DNA from: Terriglobia bacterium
GTDB lineage: Bacteria; Acidobacteriota; Polarisedimenticolia; Polarisedimenticolales; JAIQFR01
Reading direction: 5' to 3'
DNA length: 64,000 bases
Assembly (NCBI GenBank): GCA_963748015.1
Contig: CAVVHE010000004.1
Coordinates: 128,001-192,000, forward strand
Made by a program: the position numbers and the translations under genes. Under the pieces are notes generated by a model that was given only the letters and a program-made list of their open reading frames with translations, was not told where the DNA came from and searched no databases. Of the stretch, positions 38,566-48,135 are shown piece after piece. Each line of letters starts with the position of its first letter. Position 1 is the stretch's first letter.

Positions 38566-40284
38566 ATGGGGCGACCCGCGCCCCGCGCCACCGGCCGGGT
38601 TGATTCGTTGCGCCGGCCGACTCGAGCCGCTCTGGCGCTGGCATCGCTGCTCGTGGCGTTTTGCCTCGCGGCGGCGGTGCTGGCGCCCTGGATCGTGGAC
38701 GCCGACCGTTTCCGCCCCCGCGTCGAGACGCGCCTCGGGGAAATCCTCGGACGCAAGGTCGCGCTCGGCCATCTGAGGCTCTCGCTCCTGACGGGACTGG
38801 CGCTGGTGGCGGAGGGAGTCCGGGTCGGAGAGCCGCCCGCCGCGGAGTCGGGCGCCGGGTTCGAGATCGCGGCAGGGCGCGTCGCGGTCCGTCCCGCGAT
38901 TCTGCCCCTCCTGCGGGGCGAGGTCGTCGTGCGGAGCGTCGCGCTCCGCGACGGCTCGTTCCGCGCCGCCGGGCGCACGCTCGCGGAGCGTCTTTCCGCA
39001 CGGGTCCGGCTCGGGCGCGCCGAGGACGGTTCGTCCCGCCTTTGGGGACGGATCGCCGGGTTGCTCCCCGCCTTCCCGGGAGCCCCGGATTTCCGGGCGG
39101 ATTTCGACGCTTCCATCGTCTCCGATCGCCTGAAGCTCGCGGCGCTCCGCGCCGAGACGGTCGCGGGAAGTCTCGAGGCCGAGGGCGAGGTCGACGGGAT
39201 CGCCACCGGACGCCTTCGCATTTCCCTTCGCGGCGAGACGGAAATCGGTCGATCGCGAGCCTCCGGCACCGTGACGGTCTCTGGGCTCGCGGCCGACCGC
39301 CCGGAGCTCGAATTCCGGGTGACCTCTCCCCTCGTGGACTTCGACGAGCTGGCCCGGCTCGCGGGAGTGCGCCGGGCGGAGCCCCCGTCCGCGGGGCTTC
39401 TCGGAGCGCTCGTGCCCGCGGCGGTCGCCGCGGAGGCGCCGCCGCGGGTGGAGTTCCTGTCGCGGTGGACCGGCGGCGGGACGATCGACGCCGCCCGCGG
39501 CCGGCTGGCGGGACTCGAGATGACCGGCCTCTCCGCTCGAGTGAAGCTGGAGCGGGGGACGGTCCGGTTCGAGGACGCGGCCTTTTCGCTCTATGGGGGC
39601 CGCCACGTCGGTTCCCTCGAGCTGGATCTCGTCTCGCGCGGCGCGCCGTTCCGGCTCGTATCCCGCCTCGAGGGGGTGGACTCGGGCCGGCTGCTCAAAG
39701 CGCTCGACGCGTCGCGCGGCGAGGTGATCCACGGCATCGCGGCGCTCGCGCTCGACATCGCGGGCGAGGCCGGTGCGGGCCCGGTCGCCGGGTCGATCCG
39801 CGGATCCGCCCGCGCCGAGCTCAAGGACGGGCGGTTCCTCTCGGTGGGAATCCTGAAGCAGGTCGCGCAGATCCTGGAGATGGCCGGAGGGCGGGGAATC
39901 GGGCGGGACGAGACGCCGTTCGACCACGTGTCCGCGTCTTTCGGCGTGCGCGACGGCCGGGCGGACACGAAGGACCTGGAGTTCCGATCCGCCGACCTCG
40001 ACCTCGACGGCGGCGGGAGCGTCGGTCTCGGCGGCTCGCTGGCTCTGGACGTGACGGCTTCGTTCTCGAGGCGGGCGAGCGCCGACCTGGTCCGCGAGAC
40101 GCCTCAGCTCAAGTTCCGCCTCGATCCGGACGGCAGGCTCACGATGCCTCTCAAGATTCGCGGGGACCTCAAGACACCGCTCGTACAACTCGACCTCGAC
40201 CGCGTGCTGCGGGAGGGGCTCGAGCGCTCGGCCCGGGATCGCGGCCGCAAGGGGCTACTGAGGCGGCTGCTCGGCGGGGAATGA
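38566..40284 (+). CDS. AsmA-family protein; start uncertain
   Basis: N-terminal TM then DADRFRPRVE...LGRKV, beta-rich repeats, LYGG, C-terminal PLKIRGDL..P. Confidence 0.8.
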   Translation: MGRPAPRATGRVDSLRRPTRAALALASLLVAFCLAAAVLAPWIVDADRFRPRVETRLGEILGRKVALGHLRLSLLTGLALVAEGVRVGEPPAAESGAGFEIAAGRVAVRPAILPLLRGEVVVRSVALRDGSFRAAGRTLAERLSARVRLGRAEDGSSRLWGRIAGLLPAFPGAPDFRADFDASIVSDRLKLAALRAETVAGSLEAEGEVDGIATGRLRISLRGETEIGRSRASGTVTVSGLAADRPELEFRVTSPLVDFDELARLAGVRRAEPPSAGLLGALVPAAVAAEAPPRVEFLSRWTGGGTIDAARGRLAGLEMTGLSARVKLERGTVRFEDAAFSLYGGRHVGSLELDLVSRGAPFRLVSRLEGVDSGRLLKALDASRGEVIHGIAALALDIAGEAGAGPVAGSIRGSARAELKDGRFLSVGILKQVAQILEMAGGRGIGRDETPFDHVSASFGVRDGRADTKDLEFRSADLDLDGGGSVGLGGSLALDVTASFSRRASADLVRETPQLKFRLDPDGRLTMPLKIRGDLKTPLVQLDLDRVLREGLERSARDRGRKGLLRRLLGGE

Positions 40285-40294
40285 CGGGGTGCGC

Positions 40295-41707
40295 ATGTCG
40301 CGAGAGCACGTTCACCTGATCGGCATCGGAGGCACCGGGATGGCGGCGCTCGCGGGGCTGCTCCACGAGAGCGGCTGCCGCGTGACCGGGTCGGACACGG
40401 AGCTCTACCCGCCCACCTCGACGCTCCTCGAATCCATGGGGCTCGAGATCCACAAGGGGTACGACGCGCGCCGGCTCGACACGGCCCCCGATCTCGTCGT
40501 CGTCGGGAACGCCGTGCGCCGGGGGAATCCCGAGGCCGAGGAGGTCCTCGACCGACGCCTCGAGCATGCGTCCATGCCTCAGGTTCTCGAGGAGAGGTTC
40601 CTGACCGGCCGTCATTCCATCGTGGTCGCCGGCACGCACGGCAAGACCACGGTGACCGCGATGATCGCTTGGGTGCTGCATCACGCGGGGCGCGATCCGG
40701 GATTCCTGGTCGGCGGCCTGCCGGCGAACTTCGACCGGCCCTACCGGCTCGGATCCGGCCCGGCGTTCGTCATCGAGGGGGACGAGTACGACACCGCCTT
40801 CTTCGACAAGGGGCCGAAGTTCATGCACTACCGCCCCGACACCGCGCTGGTCGGAACGGTGGAGTTCGACCACGCGGACATCTTCACGGACCTCGACCAG
40901 GTCAAGAAAGCGTTCCGTTGGCTCGTGAACATCGTCCCCCGGCGCGGCCTCGTCGTCCGCCACGAGGACTGCGAGATCACGCGCGAGGTGACCGCCGCGG
41001 CCCTCTCGCGAGTCGAGGGTTACGGCCTCCGCGAGGGGCGCTGGCGCGCGGAGGAGCTCGCAGCGACCCCGGAAGGGACCCGCTTCGCGGTTCTCCGTGA
41101 CGGGAGCGCTTTCGCGGACGTCTCGCTGCCGATGTTCGGGGAGTTCAACGTGAGGAACGCGCTGGCGGTCACGGCCGCGGCGGCCGAGCAAGGGCTCTCG
41201 GCGACGGAGATCGCTGCGGGCCTCGCGACGTTCCGTGGCGTCCGGCGACGCCTCGAGATTCGCGGCGAGGCGGACGGCATCACGGTGCTCGACGACTTCG
41301 CGCACCACCCGACGGCGATCGCGGAGACGCTGCGCGCCGTCGGCACCCGCTTCCCGGGCCGGAGGGTGTGGGCGGTGCTCGAGCCGCGCTCCTGGTCGCT
41401 GCGGCGAAACGTGTTCCAGGATCGCCTGCCGGCCTCGTTCGACGGCGCCGACGAGGTCGTCATCGCCGAGGTGTTCGGGGCCGATGCGCTTCCCGCGGCC
41501 GAGCGGCTCGATCCCGACCGGCTGGCCCGGGACCTCTCGGCGCGCGGGCTGCGGGCGCGATTCCTGCCGGGGGTGGACGCGATCGTGGCGTGTCTCGCCG
41601 CGGAGTCGCGGCCGGGCGACGTCGTCGCCGTCCTCAGCAACGGAGCTTTCGGCGGGATTCACGGCAAGCTCCTTGCCGCGCTCGAGAAGAGGGACAACCG
41701 CAAGTAG
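40295..41707 (+). CDS. mpl: Murein peptide ligase Mpl (MurC-like)
   Basis: IGIGGTGMAALA, YPPTS, VAGTHGKTT, IEGDEYDTAFFDK, EFDHADIF, DDFAHHPTAI, LEPRS, SNGAFGGIH. Confidence 0.9.
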   Translation: MSREHVHLIGIGGTGMAALAGLLHESGCRVTGSDTELYPPTSTLLESMGLEIHKGYDARRLDTAPDLVVVGNAVRRGNPEAEEVLDRRLEHASMPQVLEERFLTGRHSIVVAGTHGKTTVTAMIAWVLHHAGRDPGFLVGGLPANFDRPYRLGSGPAFVIEGDEYDTAFFDKGPKFMHYRPDTALVGTVEFDHADIFTDLDQVKKAFRWLVNIVPRRGLVVRHEDCEITREVTAAALSRVEGYGLREGRWRAEELAATPEGTRFAVLRDGSAFADVSLPMFGEFNVRNALAVTAAAAEQGLSATEIAAGLATFRGVRRRLEIRGEADGITVLDDFAHHPTAIAETLRAVGTRFPGRRVWAVLEPRSWSLRRNVFQDRLPASFDGADEVVIAEVFGADALPAAERLDPDRLARDLSARGLRARFLPGVDAIVACLAAESRPGDVVAVLSNGAFGGIHGKLLAALEKRDNRK

Positions 41708-41730
41708 CGGAGAGGACCGCTCGGGTTCCC

Positions 41731-41766
41731 CAAAAAAACAAGCCGGCGGCTCGTGCCGCCGGCCTG
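41731..41766 (-). terminator. Intrinsic terminator of the FecR/DUF6600-like gene
   Basis: GCCGGCGGC-TCGT-GCCGCCGGC hairpin with an adjacent A7 run on +. Confidence 0.75.
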
Positions 41767-41818
41767 CTCCGACTACCGGATGAGGGGGGTGCCGGCGTCG
41801 GAATCTCCGGGATGCCGG

Positions 41819-43948
41819 CTACTTCCTGTCCTTCGGGCGAGCGTTTCCCGCCTGGCCGCCGCTGCGGGGAGCGGGGGACGCCTTCGGCTGCGAGCGCTCC
41901 ACGCGGGGGGCCTGGTGGCTCGGCGGCGCAACGCGCTCGACCCGGGGAGCGGCGCGGGTCTCGCGACGGTCCGGGGAAGGCGCTGCGGGACGTACTTCCC
42001 TGGCGCCCTCGCGGCGATCGGTCTCCCTCGGGCGCGCGAGCTGCTGGTACATGTCCCGGACGCGTTCACGCGTGTCGCGGCCGCGCTCCTCGCGGGGGGC
42101 GACCCGCGCCGGAGCCTCCGGGCTGCGGTAGCTCCGGCCGGGCTCCATGCCCGCTCCGGGCGCACCCCCCTGCCTCGCTCGCTCGTCCGCGCGCGGATCG
42201 CTGGCGATGCGGCGGGGGTAGCCTCCGTCGTCCGATCGGCTTCGCGCAGGGCTTCGTTCGGAGATCCCGGTCGTGGGCTGCTGGGATTCCGCGCTCCGGC
42301 TCCGCTGCCAGCGATCGGGCTCCGGCCGGCCGCTCTTCGGCGCCCGGTCACGCTCGACCGCCTGTCCTGCGGCGCCTCTCGCCGGCCCGCTCGAGCCCTC
42401 GCCCCCCTGCCCGAGAGCACGGGGCCTGCCCGTCGCATCGCGACTTCCGGCGGCGCCCGCCCTCGGGCTCTCGGGGACCGCGCCGGAGCGGTGCAGTCCC
42501 GGCGCGGCAGCGCGGGTGTCGGTGGGGGCGCCGGGCTTGGGCGTGCCCCGCGTGCGCTCGATCATCCGGTCCTCCAAGGCGCGGAACCGCGTGTCGGGGG
42601 CCCGGTCCTTCCCGATCGGACGGAGGCGCGCGCCGCGATCCTGCGACGCGTCTCGGGCCGCGGTCTCGCGAGAGGCGGGATCGCGAGCGAGCCGCCCCGG
42701 AGGCACTCTCGGCGGACGGGTCACGACCGGGGTGGTCTGCAGGTCGTGGCCGACGCGGTCGAGGGGCACCGCGTAGTGCCCGTAATCGTGTCCGTGGAAG
42801 TGGTCGTAGCCGACGAACGTCCAGCAGTGCGGGTCGTAGTAGCCGTACCAGGGGGTGCCGTAGTAGGCCGGACCTCCCCAGTAGTCGAGCGGCGCCCAGC
42901 CGACGTACGCGGAGCCCCAGGACCACGCGACCCACGCCCCGCCGAACACCCGCCCCGGAGCCCAGCACCACCCGAAACCGATCATCCAGCTCCAGCGCCC
43001 GTAGTGGTACGGCGCCCAGCCCCAAGGCTCGTTCCCGACCCAGAAGTAACCGCCGGGCCCGTAGTCCCAGTAGCCGTCGGTGTAGGGCCGCCAGCCGGGG
43101 GCGACGTCGTACGGGTACCACACCCACCCGTAGTCCGGCGCGTTGACCCAGCGGCCGTTCGCGGACAACTCGCCGTAGTAAGGCCGGACCTCGTTGGGAA
43201 CCGCGTCGTAGGCCCCGCTCGAATCGTTGCCCGCGGACCCCGCGTAGCGGTCCCGAACGCGGTAGGCGTCGTCCCGCTGGTCGCAGAAGCGATCGAACGC
43301 ATCCGAGGCGAAGGTGTTGAACGCGCGCGGCTCGGACGGAACCGATCCCGGATCGACCGACGTGCGCATGCCGCCGCGAACCAGGACCGAGCCGCCGTCC
43401 CCCACGACCTCGACGACGCCGCGGTGCGACAGCACGCGGGTCGAGCCGTTGCCGTCCACGTCCACGCGAACGTCACCGTTGTCCAGGAGGTAGACGGATG
43501 CCGAGGGAGTGTCGATCCGGAAGCTGGCCTTGTCGCCGATCTCCGAGATCACCCGGACGGCGCCCGACGCGAGGCGGAGGACCGTGTTGTCCTGATAGGC
43601 CGCCCCGGGACGCGGAAGGGACAGGTAGGTCAGCTCGCCGTTGTCGTCCTGGCGGATCAGCGAGCCGCCGGCGAGCTGGACCTCGACCCTCTGGCCGCGA
43701 GCCGTCCGGACGGTATCGCCGGGGAACACGGGAGCGTTGACCGTCGCGCTCGCGTCGCCGGGCCGTCCGCCCTCGTCCGCCCTGGCGCGCACGACCGTCG
43801 CTCCGTTCTCGGAGTAGCGGACCCGGCCGTAGTCGCCCTGCCGGTAGTCGTCGCCGTAGGCGTCCGGGTTCTCGGCCTGGGCGAGCGCCGGGGGAGGGGT
43901 CAGAAGGAGCGCCGCGGCGAAGGTGAGAGCGAAACCGGCGCGTTTCAT
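41819..43948 (-). CDS. Exported FecR-like + DUF6600-like protein with long disordered Arg/Pro-rich tail
   Basis: Signal peptide, GDTVRT..GQRVEVQL..GSLIR, then YGELS..GRW...YGWVWYP..WRPY..G.W...EPWGWAPYHYGRW; GGAGG RBS before 43948. Confidence 0.8.
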   Translation of the reverse strand: MKRAGFALTFAAALLLTPPPALAQAENPDAYGDDYRQGDYGRVRYSENGATVVRARADEGGRPGDASATVNAPVFPGDTVRTARGQRVEVQLAGGSLIRQDDNGELTYLSLPRPGAAYQDNTVLRLASGAVRVISEIGDKASFRIDTPSASVYLLDNGDVRVDVDGNGSTRVLSHRGVVEVVGDGGSVLVRGGMRTSVDPGSVPSEPRAFNTFASDAFDRFCDQRDDAYRVRDRYAGSAGNDSSGAYDAVPNEVRPYYGELSANGRWVNAPDYGWVWYPYDVAPGWRPYTDGYWDYGPGGYFWVGNEPWGWAPYHYGRWSWMIGFGWCWAPGRVFGGAWVAWSWGSAYVGWAPLDYWGGPAYYGTPWYGYYDPHCWTFVGYDHFHGHDYGHYAVPLDRVGHDLQTTPVVTRPPRVPPGRLARDPASRETAARDASQDRGARLRPIGKDRAPDTRFRALEDRMIERTRGTPKPGAPTDTRAAAPGLHRSGAVPESPRAGAAGSRDATGRPRALGQGGEGSSGPARGAAGQAVERDRAPKSGRPEPDRWQRSRSAESQQPTTGISERSPARSRSDDGGYPRRIASDPRADERARQGGAPGAGMEPGRSYRSPEAPARVAPREERGRDTRERVRDMYQQLARPRETDRREGAREVRPAAPSPDRRETRAAPRVERVAPPSHQAPRVERSQPKASPAPRSGGQAGNARPKDRK

Positions 43949-44000
43949 CGTGACCTCCCCGGCGGATTGAGTTCGACCGCCGTCCTGCGCCCTCATGGAT

Positions 44001-44016
44001 TGCAGCCTCCGTGCCA
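44001..44016 (-). promoter_or_regulatory. Putative sigma54 promoter of the FecR/DUF6600-like gene
   Basis: Minus strand TGGCACGGAGGCTGCA (perfect -24 TGGCACG, GG-N10-GC); IHF-like GATCAACGACTTT at 44031-44043. Confidence 0.65.
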
Positions 44017-44184
44017 TGCCCGGAAGCCTGAAAGTCGTTGATCCCGATAGACTTGACGCGAGCGGCGGATCCGCGGAATGTCACCACGGGGCCGGCCGAC
44101 GTCCTCCCGCGCGGACACTCCGGGGCCGCTCATCCGTTCGGAGTTCGTGCGCGGCGCGGCTTGACCCAGGTGGGCCTCGCTCGC

Positions 44185-44213
44185 TTGACGCTCCCCGTGG
44201 CCGATGGTAATTT
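44185..44213 (+). promoter_or_regulatory. Sigma70-type promoter of def-fmt
   Basis: TTGACG-N17-TAATTT with a TG extension. Confidence 0.55.
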
Positions 44214-44264
44214 CGAATCGACGCAACCGGCAGAAAAGTCAGGTGCTTTCGCTGGAAAGGGCCG

Positions 44265-44798
44265 ATGATGGCGGTGCGACCGATCGTTCTCTACCCGGAC
44301 CCCGTCCTCCTCCAGCCGACCCGCCGGGTCGAGGAGATCACGGACGAGATCCGTGTCCTCGTACGGGACATGGTGGACAGCATGTACGACGCCCCCGGGG
44401 TGGGGCTCGCAGCGAACCAGGTCGGAGCGCCGTGGCGCCTCCTGGTCGTCGATCTGACCGTCGGGGAGAAGCCCGACGAGGTCAAGGTCCTCGTCAACCC
44501 GGAGATCGAGTTCGTCGAGGGGAGCCAGTTCGGCGAGGAGGGCTGCCTCTCGTTTCCGGGCATCACTCTCGAGATCGAGCGGCCCTTCCGCGCCGGGGTC
44601 GCGGCACGCGACCTCGACGGGAACCCGGTGGAGCTTGCCGGAGAGGGTCTCATGGCCAGGGCACTCCTGCACGAGATCGAGCACCTCGACGGCGAGACCT
44701 TCCTTCGCAACGTATCGCCGCTCAAACGCGAGCTGGTGAAGCGGCAGATCCGCAAGCGAATGAAAACGGGAGACTGGGTCGCCGCGGCGGCGACGTGA
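44265..44798 (+). CDS. def: Peptide deformylase
   Basis: GVGLAANQVG, EGCLSFP, HEIEHLDG. Confidence 0.97.
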   Translation: MMAVRPIVLYPDPVLLQPTRRVEEITDEIRVLVRDMVDSMYDAPGVGLAANQVGAPWRLLVVDLTVGEKPDEVKVLVNPEIEFVEGSQFGEEGCLSFPGITLEIERPFRAGVAARDLDGNPVELAGEGLMARALLHEIEHLDGETFLRNVSPLKRELVKRQIRKRMKTGDWVAAAAT

Positions 44799-45742
44799 GA
44801 ATCGTCTTCCTGGGAACGCCCGACAGCGCCATCCCGCCCCTTACGGCCCTCCTGTCCGCGGGCCACCTCGTTTCCCTCGTCGTCACGCAGCCCGACCGCC
44901 CCGCCGGACGATCCGGCTCGCCCCGCCCGCCCGCGGTGAAGTCCGCCGCTCTCCGCGAGGGGCTCCCGGTGATCCAGCCCGCGAAGGTGCGGGTGCCCGA
45001 GTTCCGCGACTCCATCGCGGCCGAGCAGCCGGACGCGCTCGTCGTGGTCGCATACGGACGGATCCTGCCCGAGTCGGTGCTCGCCGTCGCCCGGCTCGGC
45101 GCGGTCAACCTCCACTTCTCGCTCCTTCCCCGCCATCGCGGCGCGGCCCCGGTGCAGTGGGCGATCGCGAGCGGCGACGGCGTCACCGGCGTGACGACGA
45201 TGCGGATGAACGCGAGGATGGACGAGGGCGACCTGCTGCTGCAGCGCGAGGTCCCCGTCGAGCCCGGCGAGCACGCGCCGCCGCTCACCGCGCGGCTCGC
45301 CGCGGTGGGGGCGGGGCTGCTCGTCGAGACGCTCTCCGGCCTCGCGCGCGGCACGATCGCCCCGCGCCCGCAGGATCCCGCGCTCGCCACCTACGCGCGG
45401 CCCCTCGCTCCGGCGGACGGGCACGCCGATCCGTCCGCTCCCGCGGGGACGATCGAGCGTCTCGTCCGAGCCTTCGATCCCTGGCCCGGCGTATGGCTGC
45501 GGCGGGCCGGAAGGCGAATCCGGATCGTGGACGCCCGGGCGATCGACGGCCTTTCCCACGCCGGCCCCGCGGGCACGTTGACCGGCCTCGAATCCGGCGG
45601 TCTCGGAATGGCGTGCGGCGGCGGCACCCTGCTGGCCATCCGGGAGCTTCAACCGGAGGGGCGCCGCGTCATGAGCGCGCGCGACGCCCTGAACGGCCGC
45701 CACCTCGAACCCGGCGACCGCCTGGAACGTATCTATTCCTGA
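44795..45742 (+). CDS. fmt: Methionyl-tRNA formyltransferase
   Basis: RIVFLGTP, VVTQPDRP, VVAYGRIL, NLHFSLLP.HRGAAPV, MDEGD; GTGA overlap with def. Confidence 0.95.
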   Translation: MRIVFLGTPDSAIPPLTALLSAGHLVSLVVTQPDRPAGRSGSPRPPAVKSAALREGLPVIQPAKVRVPEFRDSIAAEQPDALVVVAYGRILPESVLAVARLGAVNLHFSLLPRHRGAAPVQWAIASGDGVTGVTTMRMNARMDEGDLLLQREVPVEPGEHAPPLTARLAAVGAGLLVETLSGLARGTIAPRPQDPALATYARPLAPADGHADPSAPAGTIERLVRAFDPWPGVWLRRAGRRIRIVDARAIDGLSHAGPAGTLTGLESGGLGMACGGGTLLAIRELQPEGRRVMSARDALNGRHLEPGDRLERIYS

Positions 45743-45760
45743 CCGCGAAGGCCAACATGC

Positions 45761-45850
45761 CGGGGTCGGACGTTACGAGCGTTACATCTCCTCGACCGCT
45801 CGCCATGCCGTGGCGGTGCGGAGATGTAACGCTCGTAACGTCCGACCCCG
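45761..45850. repeat. 90-bp palindromic element with 31-bp perfect arms
   Basis: CGGGGTCGGACGTTACGAGCGTTACATCTCC (45761-45791) is the exact reverse complement of 45820-45850. Confidence 0.9.
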
Positions 45851-45916
45851 TACCATCTCCCTTCCGGCCGCTGTAGAATCGGGCTTCCAGTTTCCCGAAC
45901 TCGAGGAGGTTTCGCG

Positions 45917-46519
45917 ATGAAAGGTTGGATCGGCTGCGGCGTCGTCGCGCTCGTGTTGATCGTGGTCGCCCTCGGCGTCGTCGGCTGGGGCGTCGGGGTC
46001 TACAACGGGCTGGTTCGACAGCAGGTCGCCGTGGACACGGCATGGGCGCAGGTCCAGAACGTCTACCAGCGGCGCATCGACTTGATCCCGAACCTCGTCG
46101 AGACGGTCAAGGGGGCCGCGAACTTCGAGAAGAGCACGTTCACCGAGGTCACCGAGGCGCGGGCCAAGGCGTCGCAGACGACGCTTTCCCCGCAGATCCT
46201 CGACGACCCGGCGAAGTTCCGTCAGTTCCAGCAGGCCCAGGGAGAGCTTTCCGGCGCTCTCTCGCGGCTGCTCGTGACGGTCGAGAACTACCCGCAGCTG
46301 ACCGCCAGCCAGAACTTCCGCGAGCTGCAGAGCCAGCTAGAGGGTAGCGAGAACCGGATCGCCGTCGAGCGGCGCAACTTCAACCAGGCGGTGCAGGGTT
46401 ACAACACCGCGATCCGCGTGTTCCCGGGGTCCCTCGTGGCCGGGTTCTTCCGGTTCGGGCCCAAGGCCTTGTTCGAGGCGGAGGCCGGGGCGGACAAGGC
46501 CCCGAAGGTGAAGTTCTGA
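45917..46519 (+). CDS. lemA: LemA family protein
   Basis: N-terminal TM, YN.LV, WAQV...YQRR.DLIPNLVETVKG, ENYPQL, ENRIAVERR. Confidence 0.93.
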   Translation: MKGWIGCGVVALVLIVVALGVVGWGVGVYNGLVRQQVAVDTAWAQVQNVYQRRIDLIPNLVETVKGAANFEKSTFTEVTEARAKASQTTLSPQILDDPAKFRQFQQAQGELSGALSRLLVTVENYPQLTASQNFRELQSQLEGSENRIAVERRNFNQAVQGYNTAIRVFPGSLVAGFFRFGPKALFEAEAGADKAPKVKF

Positions 46520-46544
46520 GCCGCCACGAGGGGTCTGAGCGGCC

Positions 46545-47303
46545 ATGAGCCGGAAAGGCCGGTCGCGAGGTTTCCTCCTGGCCGCGATCGCCCTGGCGGC
46601 GGCCGGGGCTTTCGCTCGGGCCCACGCGCTCGAGATGCCGGCCGCGCCCTCGTCGCGCGTGAACGACTACGCGGGAATCGTGGATTCCGCGTCTCGGGGC
46701 AGGATCGACGCCCTGCTCGCCGACTACGAGCGCGAGTCCACGAACCAGATCGCCGTCGCGGTGTTCCCCTCGCTCGAGGGCGAAGACCTCGAGGACTTCT
46801 CGAACCGCCTCTTCGAGCGCTGGAAGCTCGGCCAGAAGGACAAGAACAACGGAATCCTCCTCGCGATCTTCCTGCGCGAGCGGCGCGCGCGCATCGAGGT
46901 GGGGTACGGCCTCGAGGGAAGGCTGACCGACGCGATCTCGAGCGACATCCTCGCGGACGTTCTGGCGAAGCGCTTCCGCCAGCGGGACTATTCCGGCGGG
47001 ATCGAGGCGGCCTGCCGCGCGATGATCGCCGCTACGGAAGGGGAGTACCGGGCGGCGCCGCGGCGGCACGGCAAGCCGCGCTGGGTCCCGCTCGCCTACG
47101 TCGCCCTCATCCTGATCGCCGCGCTGATCTCGGCGGCGCGCCGGTCCTCGCTCGGAGGCCGCCCGCGCGGACGGGGCTTCCGGTCTTCGGGGCCGTTCTA
47201 CGGGGGCGGCGGAGGGTTCGGCGGGGGCGGCTTCTCGGGCGGGGGCGGTTTCTCGGGAGGCGGGGGATTCTCCGGCGGGGGAGGCGCGTCCGGCGGCTGG
47301 TGA
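46545..47303 (+). CDS. TPM-domain membrane protein
   Basis: VNDYAG, WKLGQKDKNNGILL, RIEVGYGLEG.LTD, Gly-rich tail GGGFSGGGGASGGW. Confidence 0.9.
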   Translation: MSRKGRSRGFLLAAIALAAAGAFARAHALEMPAAPSSRVNDYAGIVDSASRGRIDALLADYERESTNQIAVAVFPSLEGEDLEDFSNRLFERWKLGQKDKNNGILLAIFLRERRARIEVGYGLEGRLTDAISSDILADVLAKRFRQRDYSGGIEAACRAMIAATEGEYRAAPRRHGKPRWVPLAYVALILIAALISAARRSSLGGRPRGRGFRSSGPFYGGGGGFGGGGFSGGGGFSGGGGFSGGGGASGGW

Positions 47304-47369
47304 TCGGCGCACTCGCGGCGGGAGCGGGTCCGAGAAACTATAATGCCGGCGCTCGATCGGAGAACGCGG

Positions 47370-48116
47370 ATGGGCGATGGCGAGGGGAGCTGGCTGGGAA
47401 GGGCCGGCGTCCTGGCGGCGTGGATTCTGGGCGGCGGGCTGCTCGTGGCGGCCGTCGCGGTCGTGTCGTTCTTCGCCGTGATGAAGCTCGAGTCGCGCTC
47501 CACGCAGGTGACCGTGCCGGACGTCTGTGGGGCGGGCCGCCAGGACGCCGAGCGCCTCGCGGCCGAGAGCGGACTCGTGGTCGAGGTGGCCCAGGAGCGG
47601 CACGACGCCCAGCTGCCGAGCGGGAAGATCCTGCAGCAGGAGCCGCCGGCGGGAGCGTCGGTGCGAAAGGGGCGCAAGATCAAGGTCGTGATGAGCCTCG
47701 GCGGGGAAGTCCTCGAGGTGCCCGACCTCGTGGGGAAGACGGACCGCCAGATGATGATCGCGCTGCAGCGAGACGGGTTCGTCGCGGGGGACGAGGCCGT
47801 GATCCCGTTCGCGGAGGCGCCCGCGGGGACGATCATCGCCCAGTCGCCGCCGCCCGCGAGCCTCGCGGTTCCCGGGATGCGGCTCCACCGGCTCGTCTCC
47901 GGCGGCGCGCCGCAGGCCTACTGGGTGATGCCGGACCTCACGGGCCGGCCGCTCGCGCGGGCCGAGGCGTGGCTCGCGACGTGCGGGTTCCGGAAGGGGA
48001 CGGTGCGGAGGGTGGACACGTCGGATCGACCTTCCGGAACGGTGGTGGGCCAGCTTCCCGCGGGAGGCTATCCTGTCTCGGCCCGTGACGCGGTGGATCT
48101 CACCGTGGCGCGCTGA
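47370..48116 (+). CDS. Membrane-anchored protein with three PASTA domains
   Basis: TM followed by three VPD..G/MPDLTG...GxIxxQxP repeats; TATAAT at 47339 argues for ATG 47370. Confidence 0.85.
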   Translation: MGDGEGSWLGRAGVLAAWILGGGLLVAAVAVVSFFAVMKLESRSTQVTVPDVCGAGRQDAERLAAESGLVVEVAQERHDAQLPSGKILQQEPPAGASVRKGRKIKVVMSLGGEVLEVPDLVGKTDRQMMIALQRDGFVAGDEAVIPFAEAPAGTIIAQSPPPASLAVPGMRLHRLVSGGAPQAYWVMPDLTGRPLARAEAWLATCGFRKGTVRRVDTSDRPSGTVVGQLPAGGYPVSARDAVDLTVAR

Positions 48117-48135
48117 GGCGCGGAGGCGAGCGGTC

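Noticed and set aside
47200..47300. 15-bp tandem repeats (GGCGGGGGCGGxTTCTCG-like)
   Set aside because: Encodes the ordinary GGGFS tail of TPM-domain proteins; not a CRISPR or contingency locus.
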